From: Candidatus Micrarchaeota archaeon
GTDB lineage: Archaea > Iainarchaeota > Iainarchaeia > Iainarchaeales > JAGVWC01
Assembly: GCA_043803815.1 (NCBI GenBank)
Contig: JAZDJR010000013.1
Location: 1-18,470, forward strand
DNA length: 18,470 nucleotides
Reading direction: 5' to 3'
Made by a program: the position numbers and the translations under genes. This document shows, one piece after another, positions 8,071-15,715 of this stretch (its first letter is position 1; each line of letters begins with the position of its first letter). The notes beneath the pieces are model-generated. The model was given only the letters and a program-made list of their open reading frames with translations. It searched no databases and had not been told where the DNA came from.

Positions 8071-10212
8071 TTATTTTTGGGGAACCGCAAAAACAGAATA
8101 TTTGGCCGATGAATACACTTTGTCCAAAAACGAAAACCGCTTGTCCGAATCAAATTCGGCGATGTTCGTGACGCTGGTCGAGGAACGGTTTGTATACACC
8201 AAAACCGAAGAGACATTATAGTCGCTAAGCACATTCGGATCGGCATTAAGCAAAAAATCGTACACGGCTTTTAACTGTTCTTCTTTTGAAAACTCGACAT
8301 ATAAATCAGCCACTACTTTTCGCTGCGAAAAAAAAGCCGTCGCATGGCCCAAAACAGGCTCGGTTAATACCGCGTCACCGGGGTTTGAAACGCTTTTTAA
8401 AAAAATAAACGGCGACAAGTCCTGATTGGAAAAAACCGTGGCGGGTTCGCGCGGCAATTGCAAAAACAACGCGCTTGCCAGCACCAGTACCAGCACGACT
8501 TGAGCCGCGGAAAAAAACCGCTTGGAAAAAAGCGGGCGAAGCGAAGCTGAAAAAAGGGATTCCAGCACAAAAACCCCCAACACAATTCCGATCAGCACGT
8601 TGACCCGAAACGAAATCAGCCAATGCAATGCTAAAAGCGCAATCAGCCCAAGCCACAAAATGCGCAGGCGAAACGGCATTTTGAAAAACGCGATTAAGCC
8701 GCCAATCACGCAAAAGACCAAAACCGCAAAAACCGGCGGAGTCAGTTCGCCGGCCAAAAAATAAACCGAGCCCTGAACGGCGTATCCCCACTGGTCGGAA
8801 AGTGACTGGTTTGGAATTCCGCCGTTCCACACCAAGGGAACAAACAATCCGGCAAAAAAAATCCCGCCGAGCGCAAAACTGGCGGCCATTGATTTCCGGT
8901 TCTTTTTCCATCCGGTAAACGCGACCGCAAACAAAGCGGTTAATCCGGCGGCCGCCAAAAACAGCGGAATTTGAATAAAGGCAAGCACGGCCAAAAGCAC
9001 GGCTGCTTTAATCACTGAAAAGCGTTCGGATAGCAATTCTGAAACGCAAAAAAACATCAGGCCGAGCGCCAACACGTGGCGGGGAGAAACAAACGTCATG
9101 TTAAAAGAAAAAAATACAAGCCATGCAAAACCGAGCAAACAGGCCTGTTGAAAAAAGCCAAAACCAAGGCGACGGCCCAATTTTAATATTCCAAAGCCAA
9201 AAAACAAAATGGCGACGAGGCTGGCCCAGGCAAACGCGGCAAAAAAATTGGTTCCATTTATACTTGCCAATGCGGATTCCAGCACAAAAAAACCAGGGGC
9301 AAAAGTTTGAGGCCTTCCCAAAAAACTATAGTTGTCCCAAGTTACCAATCCTTGGTGTTCAAACACGGCTTGGCTTTGGCGCTCATAAAAAACATTCCAT
9401 TCCCACCAATGCGACGGCAAAACGAATTGAACCAAGACCACCAAAACCAACACGCCAATCAAAAGTGCGATGGCGTAATAGTCGCTGCGGCTCCAATGAA
9501 ACGGCCGGGCATTTTTAATCCAGTGCCGCCACGCAATCAAAAAACCGAGCCAAACCATCCATTGGGTAAGCGCGTTCCATGGAATTCCCAGCCAAAAAAA
9601 AACAATCGGAATGACGATTAGGGCGGCCAAAAAGCCCAGGGCAAAACCCGCAAATCCTTCCCAAGGCCCTTTTTTGTATAGGCTATAAAACAAAGCCCCA
9701 AACCAGGACAGGGCAAACAATGCAAACAAAATCGGCTGTTCCAATGCGGGTTTTCCAAACGGTTCGGCCGGCACGGCGGACACTTTCCAGGCCGCAAGTT
9801 TTGTTTCTGTGCCCGCGTGAAAAAAAACAGTTTGTCCGCCGGCTTGCATTTTTATTGCATTGGATTTTTTTTCTAAAAGTGCTGCCGCAAGGCAATGCTC
9901 GATTTTGCCATTGGAAAAAAAGGCGGTCGCGATTTTGGTTTCATTGACCAAAATATCCGCGTTTAACGGGGTTTGGGCATTGGACGAATTCCAGGTCGCG
10001 CCAAAACAAACCGGGCTTTGCGGGGTTGCTTGATTATAATAGTCCATTTGCAATTCGGAAAAGTCCGTGGTTTGGGCGGCGGAGTGCCAAAAAAAACCGG
10101 AAACCACAAAGCCAAAAGCAAGTATTGCAAAGAAGCCAGCCAAAAGAAGTCGGGGAGTCAGCCATTGGCAGGGTGTTTTTTTTTCTGCGGCGGTTTTTGG
10201 GGTGCGAGCCAT
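8071..10212 (-). CDS. Polytopic membrane protein, probable GT-C superfamily (AglB/STT3-like architecture, lacking WWDYG)
   Basis: Many TM helices. External-loop motif FYERQ..AVFEH.GLVTWDNYSFLGRPQTFAPG and C-terminal soluble domain FLK.....DAVLTEPVLGH....FSQRKVVAD..YNVSSVLV echo the STT3/AglB layout. Confidence 0.65.
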   Translation of the reverse strand: MARTPKTAAEKKTPCQWLTPRLLLAGFFAILAFGFVVSGFFWHSAAQTTDFSELQMDYYNQATPQSPVCFGATWNSSNAQTPLNADILVNETKIATAFFSNGKIEHCLAAALLEKKSNAIKMQAGGQTVFFHAGTETKLAAWKVSAVPAEPFGKPALEQPILFALFALSWFGALFYSLYKKGPWEGFAGFALGFLAALIVIPIVFFWLGIPWNALTQWMVWLGFLIAWRHWIKNARPFHWSRSDYYAIALLIGVLVLVVLVQFVLPSHWWEWNVFYERQSQAVFEHQGLVTWDNYSFLGRPQTFAPGFFVLESALASINGTNFFAAFAWASLVAILFFGFGILKLGRRLGFGFFQQACLLGFAWLVFFSFNMTFVSPRHVLALGLMFFCVSELLSERFSVIKAAVLLAVLAFIQIPLFLAAAGLTALFAVAFTGWKKNRKSMAASFALGGIFFAGLFVPLVWNGGIPNQSLSDQWGYAVQGSVYFLAGELTPPVFAVLVFCVIGGLIAFFKMPFRLRILWLGLIALLALHWLISFRVNVLIGIVLGVFVLESLFSASLRPLFSKRFFSAAQVVLVLVLASALFLQLPREPATVFSNQDLSPFIFLKSVSNPGDAVLTEPVLGHATAFFSQRKVVADLYVEFSKEEQLKAVYDFLLNADPNVLSDYNVSSVLVYTNRSSTSVTNIAEFDSDKRFSFLDKVYSSAKYSVFAVPQK

Positions 10213-10248
10213 AACTAAAACAAAATCAATCCAAAAAGGTAAAAAGAA

Positions 10249-11595
10249 CTATGCGTCGATTTTGTTGCGGTTTTTGGAGAGCAAAAACCAGTCCATGGGC
10301 TGTCCGGCCAAGGCTTTAAAGATGCCAAGGGAAACATAAAATACGACGATTAAGCCGACGGAAAACGATGCCGCCAAAAACCGAATCGCGTCTTTAAAAC
10401 CGTGGTTGGCCAAAAACGCGATGAGAATGGCAAACAAAAAACCCGTGGTTAACAGCATGTTAATCGCGGTTGACTTAAGCAAAAATGCCACGTTTTCATA
10501 CGTTGGATAGGTCGGATTTGAAAACGATGAAAGGGTTCCCAAAACCATTAGCCCCAGCAGCAATACGGTGAAAAGGTAACCGGACGCGTTAATCAATATC
10601 GCCCACTTTTTTTTGCTGTCGGTTTTGGAAGAAACGGCAATGGAAACGGCATGCAATTGCAGCGCGTTAATGCAGCCGTAGGCCCATCGCATTTGCTGGC
10701 GGCTTAAATCCTTTAATCGAAACGGAACTTCGCATTCGCACGTTAAATCGCTTAAATACAAAATCCGCTTGTTTTCCCCGAATAAGCGGTATGAAAATTC
10801 GACGTCTTCCGTCAGGCTGCCCATTTTCCAGCCGCCCAACGCGTCCAGGTCTTTTTTTCGAATCGCTTCGGCGGAACCGCACAGGGTAATTGTTCCCATG
10901 TTTTGGCTTAAAAACGGCAATACCAATTGGTGATACAGGTACAAAATGGATGCTCCTGCAACGGAAACAATGTTTTGATTCGCGTTGGTGGGAACCCATC
11001 GCGCCTGAACCGCGGAAAGCGTGCGGTCTTGCTGAAATGGCGCGATGATTCGCTTTAAAAAATCGGGAGCCGGCGCAAAATCCGAGTCAAACACGACAAT
11101 TATTTCTCCGGACGAATTGGCCAGCATGTTGTTCAGATTGCCGGCTTTAAATCCCGCGTTGGTTTCGCGTTTTAAAACCCGGACTTGTTTGGAAAATTTT
11201 TTTTCAAACTCTTTGAGTTTTTTGGACACGGCGGGATTGCTGCTGTCGTCCCCGATTAAAATTTCAAACCGGTTTTTGGGATAATCAAACGCCATGCAGC
11301 TTTTGGCGCATAAAAGCACGGCCAGTTCGTTTCGCGTAGGAAGATGAATGCTAATCATCGGCGCTTTTTTTTCGTCAAACGCCGCTTGTTTTTTGGGGGG
11401 GCTTGAAAAAAAACTGGCAATGGCCATGATCAAATAAAAAGCCGATACCAGGACCGCCAGCGGAAACAGCACGGTAAAGGCAAGGGCGGATATGGCATGA
11501 ATCGGGTTTAACACGGGCGAAAAAACAAGCAATTTGGAAGTTAACGGCCACAGTCCCTGCAAAAACTGCGTAAAAACAAATGCGATATCAAACAT
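10249..11595 (-). CDS. Cellulose-synthase-like processive family 2 glycosyltransferase
   Basis: Motifs DDS, KAGNLN, FDSDF (DxD), VQARW, GGW...LTED and QQMRW (QxxRW); TM helices at both ends. Confidence 0.9.
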   Translation of the reverse strand: MFDIAFVFTQFLQGLWPLTSKLLVFSPVLNPIHAISALAFTVLFPLAVLVSAFYLIMAIASFFSSPPKKQAAFDEKKAPMISIHLPTRNELAVLLCAKSCMAFDYPKNRFEILIGDDSSNPAVSKKLKEFEKKFSKQVRVLKRETNAGFKAGNLNNMLANSSGEIIVVFDSDFAPAPDFLKRIIAPFQQDRTLSAVQARWVPTNANQNIVSVAGASILYLYHQLVLPFLSQNMGTITLCGSAEAIRKKDLDALGGWKMGSLTEDVEFSYRLFGENKRILYLSDLTCECEVPFRLKDLSRQQMRWAYGCINALQLHAVSIAVSSKTDSKKKWAILINASGYLFTVLLLGLMVLGTLSSFSNPTYPTYENVAFLLKSTAINMLLTTGFLFAILIAFLANHGFKDAIRFLAASFSVGLIVVFYVSLGIFKALAGQPMDWFLLSKNRNKIDA

Positions 11596-11645
11596 CGGAT
11601 TCTCTTCCCAAAGAACTTAAAACATGCAAAATATGTAAAAAAAAG

Positions 11646-11653
11646 TATTTAAA
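11646..11653 (-). promoter_or_regulatory. TATA box for the GT2 / GT-C gene pair
   Basis: TTTAAATA on the minus strand, about 50 nt upstream of ATG 11595. A small hairpin AGCCGTT-gga-AACGGCT at 11665-11681 separates it from the upstream gene. Confidence 0.5.
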
Positions 11654-11680
11654 CACACCATTATAGCCGTTGGAAACGGC

Positions 11681-12301
11681 TTAATTTTGAATTTGCCCCG
11701 CTACGGCATTAATGTTGTCCAATTGGGATTGGGCGTTTTCAAACATTTTGACCAGGGTTGAAAAGGACGCAATGGCAATGTCTTGCGGGTTTTTCGGCGA
11801 AACCGTTACTTGATTAGAGGAAACGACTACTTGGGTTTTGGGTAGGGCGCCGTTCGGCAATAATACCTTGATTTTTTTTCCTTCAAACTCTTTTTCAAAC
11901 AATTCGCATTGCGAAACCGTCAATTCGTCATCGGTTAATACGTCGCCGCGGTTGGTCCGGCAGGTTAACAGCGCGTTTGAACCGGATTTGACCAAAGTCA
12001 GCGTCGTGACTTCTTTGTGGTTGGCAATCAAAATCACCGAAAACAAATTGAGGCTGTTGGACATATACTGGTTCAAAGGGCCCTGAACCTGGGTTTCAAC
12101 CGCAACCAAAAAATCGCTTCCTTGGCCAAACTGCTTTAAGCCGTCGCTAACGGGCTGTTCGTTGGAAACAAAAGACACGCTTTTTTCGTTCAGTTCAAAC
12201 GCGTACGGCTTGAAAAAACTCAAAAGCCCCAAAACGGCAAAGCCCAAAATCAACACGATTACTAAAACCAAAACCGGTTTCCATTGGTCGATTGTTTTCA
12301 T
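11681..12301 (-). CDS. Hypothetical membrane-anchored extracytoplasmic protein (206 aa)
   Basis: One N-terminal hydrophobic helix followed by a soluble alpha/beta-like domain with two Cys. ATG at 12301; TATA-like TTTAAAA at 12358-12364. Confidence 0.75.
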   Translation of the reverse strand: MKTIDQWKPVLVLVIVLILGFAVLGLLSFFKPYAFELNEKSVSFVSNEQPVSDGLKQFGQGSDFLVAVETQVQGPLNQYMSNSLNLFSVILIANHKEVTTLTLVKSGSNALLTCRTNRGDVLTDDELTVSQCELFEKEFEGKKIKVLLPNGALPKTQVVVSSNQVTVSPKNPQDIAIASFSTLVKMFENAQSQLDNINAVAGQIQN

Positions 12302-12427
12302 CAAAAGATTTTCCCTGCAAAAAAACTATAAACCAATCCAAATGAATGGGAAAACGCTTTAAAATTGGCCAAGGCAAATCCGACCAAAAAAAAACAATTC
12401 ATTAAAAAGTCATTAAAAATTCCGGCA

Positions 12428-12546
12428 AAATCCAATCCGTTTAAATTCAATCAGTCCAAATCCGATTCGTCCAAATCCAATCGGTTCCAATTCAACCAAT
12501 TCCAATTCAACCCCTTCCACTTCAATCGTTTAAATCCAATCGTTCG
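12428..12546. repeat. Degenerate 15-bp tandem repeat, about 8 units
   Basis: Units: AAATCCAATCCGTTT / AAATTCAATCAGTCC / AAATCCGATTCGTCC / AAATCCAATCGGTTC / CAATTCAACCAATTC / CAATTCAACCCCTTC / CACTTCAATCGTTT / AAATCCAATCGTTCG. Confidence 0.8.
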
Positions 12547-12600
12547 ATTCCAAACAAACCCGTTGCGGATTTTTTGCCGGACGATTCTTACGACCTGTTC

Positions 12601-12643
12601 AAAATAAAAAAAAAGAAAAAGAAAAAAAATCCCCTTTCGGGGA
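12601..12643 (-). terminator. S-layer gene terminator: GNRA hairpin plus long U-tract
   Basis: Minus strand reads TCCCC-GAAA-GGGGA (12630-12643) followed by about 29 nt that are almost all T, starting 14 nt after the stop. Confidence 0.85.
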
Positions 12644-12657
12644 CCTTTTTTTTAGAC

Positions 12658-15435
12658 TTATTGCAACAAACCGGTCAAGGCGGTGATGAGTTCTTTGGCC
12701 GCGTTCATGGTGTCCGTAGCTGTATATCCGGCAACAACGATGTTACCGCTTTCCAGTTTTTGGGCTACCGTTTGACCCGAGGTTTGGAGTTTGTCTTCCA
12801 AAGTCAAGGTTCCGTCGACTTCCAAATTCTTTGCCAGGTTGTTGGCAAGGTATCCGCCGACAATGATGTAGTTTCCTGACGGGGGTGACTGGTCCGTGTA
12901 TACCAGCTGGCCAACAGGCATGATGGCTTCGTAGGATGCCGGAACACATGCTCCGCTTCCTGCGCTGCAGGTGCCGTTGATGCCGGTAATGGTTACCGAG
13001 GTTCCACCGGTCGTAGTGAACGTGTCGCCGTCACTCAAATCATTCGAGTCTTCTCCACCCGAAGTTGAGGTCGTGACTTCGTTGCTTTTGACAAGGAAGT
13101 AGGACTTCATTTGTCTGTCCGGCAACGTCATGGTGACATCGCGGTTAGCCAGTTCGATTTTGGAACCGTTGACAGTGTAGGCTTTTTTGTAGTTTCCGCT
13201 GGACTGTCCCGGGTCTCCGTTGTATTCGCTGAAGTTGACCAAGTTCTGGTCGCTTTCGATGTACATGACAGCCGTGTTGAGCGTGGTTAGGCTCGCGGGT
13301 GCACCTGTCAAGGTTCCGGCCCAGTTTTGTTTTCCGCCGTTTCCAATGGCTTGCGTGTCGATTGTTCCTTGGCTGCCGTTTTCGGTATCCCATAGGATAA
13401 AGGCTTGCGCGTTGGCGGCATTGGGGCCTCCGGTTGGAATGGTGGTGCTGGTGGTTCCGAGTCTTTCTGCGACTTTGAAAACCGCGGTTCGGTAGATGTT
13501 GGTTGTGCTACCAGGCTGATTTCCGTTAAAGTCGTAGATATCCGGCCAGTAATAGGGCCTGTGGGTACGGTTGCTGTCGGCAGGACCCGTGTTGGCATCG
13601 CTGATTTCGATGTATCCTTGCTGGGCTTGGTTAAGCAAGATGTTGACATCGTTGACCGCGGTTCCGAGTAGGAACAAGTCGCCGGCGCTGTACTGCAACG
13701 AATCAATGTATCCGCTGTAGTTGGTTGTGTCGCCGCTATTTTGGCTTCCGCCGACTAATAGGAGCCAAAGTTGACTGGATAGGGTTGTGCTTTTTCGGGC
13801 CAAATACTTGTATTGGGTTCCGTTCTTTCCTTTGAGTACGACAATGGCCGAGCTATCCCAGTTGACATCGTTTGCAAGGACGCTGACGTTATAGTCCGTT
13901 GTTATCATGGGAATGCTTGCGCTGTCGTTTTCAACTGCGAACTTGTTAATGTCGCTTTCCGAGCTGGTCCAATAGGCTTGCGTGCTGGTTCCGTCAAAGT
14001 TCAGGACTGTTCCTGTTGATGACGTTGCCTGCAATTTGATGGCCATTGGAATCCAGTGTTCGGTTCCGCTGACATCAAAGTAGTGGATGGTTCCATAGGT
14101 GTCGCCCGTGGTTCCTGCTGCCGCGCCTTTCAAGAACTCCACTTTGGTTTTTTGGACGCCGGCATCGTAAAATCCTTTGAATTCAAAGGTTCCGAGCTGG
14201 TCTAATCCGGTTCCGTGGAAGAACTCGAATTGGGTTGGATGGGTACCCGGGTAAAGAGCTTGTGCTGACCATAACGGTGAACTAGTGGTAAAGTTATAGT
14301 TGCTGCTGTTTTTGATTGTGATTCCCGTTACTGTGCCTGCGCTGGTTGTAAACGATGCGACCCATGGAATGTTGCTTCCGTTGCTGTTCGGGTCGTAGGG
14401 CACTTCGCGTCCGCTTTGAATTTCAACGCGCGAGGTTCCGACAACAGTTTTGAACGTGTATATGGTCGAATTGTTTTGGGTCGTCGAACCGACTGCGGTT
14501 AATCGGATGCGGGTTGCCAAAATTTCTACGCCGTTGTTGCGGAAGATGATATCGGTGCCGCCGCTGAATTGGTCGCTTTTGACGACAACGCCTTGGTCGT
14601 CAAGCAATGATACACCGGCTACGTTAACTCCGCTGACCAGCGAACCGCCGTCAAATCGGATGGTGTAGGTTTTGCCGTCTCGGCCAAGTGCCGTAAAGGT
14701 ATCGCCGGATGTGTAGATATGGTCTGCGCCGTCTTCTACCAATACGACGTCTGAACCGCTTGAGTTAATGGAGTCTACGACGTAGCTTTTTCCCAAAAAG
14801 TGGATGGGAATATAGTCGTCGCTTCCCGTGTCCGTGAACGGATAGGGAACTCCGGGCGAAAGTGATACGTTGTAGTTCATATCGCTGGAGTTGATGGTAG
14901 CCACGAGGTCTTTGATGTTGCTGGTCGTATCCATTTTTCCGTCGGCTTTGATGCCAAGGGTTTCAATGACAGTCATGCTTGTTGCGGCGTTTCCATCAAT
15001 GATTCGGTTAACGGTTCCGTTGAAGAACTGGGGAAAATAGGTGCTTCCAATGGATTCGTAGTATTCGACTCCGCTGGTTACACTATTAAGGTTTGCGTTG
15101 TTATATTCGCGTACGCCTCCGCTAAAGGTTTGGGTTCCGCCGACATTTACGTTGACAGTTAAGTCGGTTGGGGTTCCTGCGCTTCCTTCAGTTCCCTGAG
15201 TAACGCTGGTCGTTTTAGTCGACAGTTGCGCTACTTTGGCGGCGATGTTGCCCGCCCAAACTACGTCGCTTACCGCGGCATTTGAACCGACAACGACGCT
15301 GACAACCGGTGTTCCGGTCGCTGAGACAATGTCGCTTTTGGTTAAATCCGTGAAAGCTGCTGTTGCAAACGCTGCACCGACCAATACGGTCCCTGCGGCA
15401 ATTGCAGCCAGCTTTTTGATGTTCAGTTTTCTCAT
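12658..15435 (-). CDS. S-layer protein (925 aa), with Methanococcales/Thermococcales/DPANN-type N- and C-terminal domains
   Basis: Signal KKLAAIAAGTVLVG; N-domain VVVGSNAAVSDVVWAGNIAA; C-domain IIVGGYLAN...IVVAGYTATDTMNAAKELI. Thr/Ser/Gly/Asn-rich. Start set at ATG 15435 behind the SD GAGGTGA. Confidence 0.92.
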   Translation of the reverse strand: MRKLNIKKLAAIAAGTVLVGAAFATAAFTDLTKSDIVSATGTPVVSVVVGSNAAVSDVVWAGNIAAKVAQLSTKTTSVTQGTEGSAGTPTDLTVNVNVGGTQTFSGGVREYNNANLNSVTSGVEYYESIGSTYFPQFFNGTVNRIIDGNAATSMTVIETLGIKADGKMDTTSNIKDLVATINSSDMNYNVSLSPGVPYPFTDTGSDDYIPIHFLGKSYVVDSINSSGSDVVLVEDGADHIYTSGDTFTALGRDGKTYTIRFDGGSLVSGVNVAGVSLLDDQGVVVKSDQFSGGTDIIFRNNGVEILATRIRLTAVGSTTQNNSTIYTFKTVVGTSRVEIQSGREVPYDPNSNGSNIPWVASFTTSAGTVTGITIKNSSNYNFTTSSPLWSAQALYPGTHPTQFEFFHGTGLDQLGTFEFKGFYDAGVQKTKVEFLKGAAAGTTGDTYGTIHYFDVSGTEHWIPMAIKLQATSSTGTVLNFDGTSTQAYWTSSESDINKFAVENDSASIPMITTDYNVSVLANDVNWDSSAIVVLKGKNGTQYKYLARKSTTLSSQLWLLLVGGSQNSGDTTNYSGYIDSLQYSAGDLFLLGTAVNDVNILLNQAQQGYIEISDANTGPADSNRTHRPYYWPDIYDFNGNQPGSTTNIYRTAVFKVAERLGTTSTTIPTGGPNAANAQAFILWDTENGSQGTIDTQAIGNGGKQNWAGTLTGAPASLTTLNTAVMYIESDQNLVNFSEYNGDPGQSSGNYKKAYTVNGSKIELANRDVTMTLPDRQMKSYFLVKSNEVTTSTSGGEDSNDLSDGDTFTTTGGTSVTITGINGTCSAGSGACVPASYEAIMPVGQLVYTDQSPPSGNYIIVGGYLANNLAKNLEVDGTLTLEDKLQTSGQTVAQKLESGNIVVAGYTATDTMNAAKELITALTGLLQ

Positions 15436-15443
15436 GTTTTTAT

Positions 15444-15450
15444 TCACCTC
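15444..15450 (-). promoter_or_regulatory. Strong Shine-Dalgarno site of the S-layer gene
   Basis: GAGGTGA 8 nt upstream of ATG 15435. Confidence 0.85.
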
Positions 15451-15475
15451 ACATGATTCTGGTTAAGATCACAAA

Positions 15476-15528
15476 CAAGTCGTTCTTTGGGTTACCGGCT
15501 TTCGCTGGTTCAACCTAAGAAAGACTTG
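15476..15528 (-). promoter_or_regulatory. Long stem-loop at the predicted 5' end of the S-layer mRNA
   Basis: Minus strand CAAGTC-TTTCTTAGGTT-GA-ACCAGC-GAAA-GCCGGT-AACCCAAAGAAC-GACTTG, an imperfect stem of about 22 bp capped by GAAA. Confidence 0.7.
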
Positions 15529-15549
15529 CAAGTAACGTGCCCGCCATGG

Positions 15550-15579
15550 TTTAAATTGGTTTCGTTTTAGGCCTAAAAC
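15550..15579 (-). promoter_or_regulatory. S-layer promoter (BRE-TATA) with an abutting 16-bp palindrome
   Basis: Minus strand CGAAACCAA-TTTAAA (TATA at 15550-15555). Perfect palindrome GTTTTAGGCCTAAAAC at 15564-15579. Confidence 0.65.
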
Positions 15580-15715
15580 CCCCTTTTGAAAGGGGTTTTG
15601 TAAGGCGATTTTTTCGTTTTTTTCCTAAAGCCTTATCGGCAATCCCCGAAAGGTGGTACAAACACCTTTTTTTCGTCAAAAGCAGTAAAAACAGGTTAAA
15701 ATAGGCTTAATCTCT

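Noticed and set aside
12428-12546. 15-bp array as a CRISPR array
   Set aside because: There are no unique spacers, the units are too short and too diverged, and no cas genes are present.
12365-12607. 80-aa + strand ORF over the repeat array
   Set aside because: TTG start, no SD, low complexity, and the repeat phase breaks in the last unit. Kept only as an alternative explanation in the findings.
15436-15447. GTG start at 15447 for the S-layer gene
   Set aside because: That GTG is part of the SD GAGGTGA; ATG 15435 has the correct spacing.
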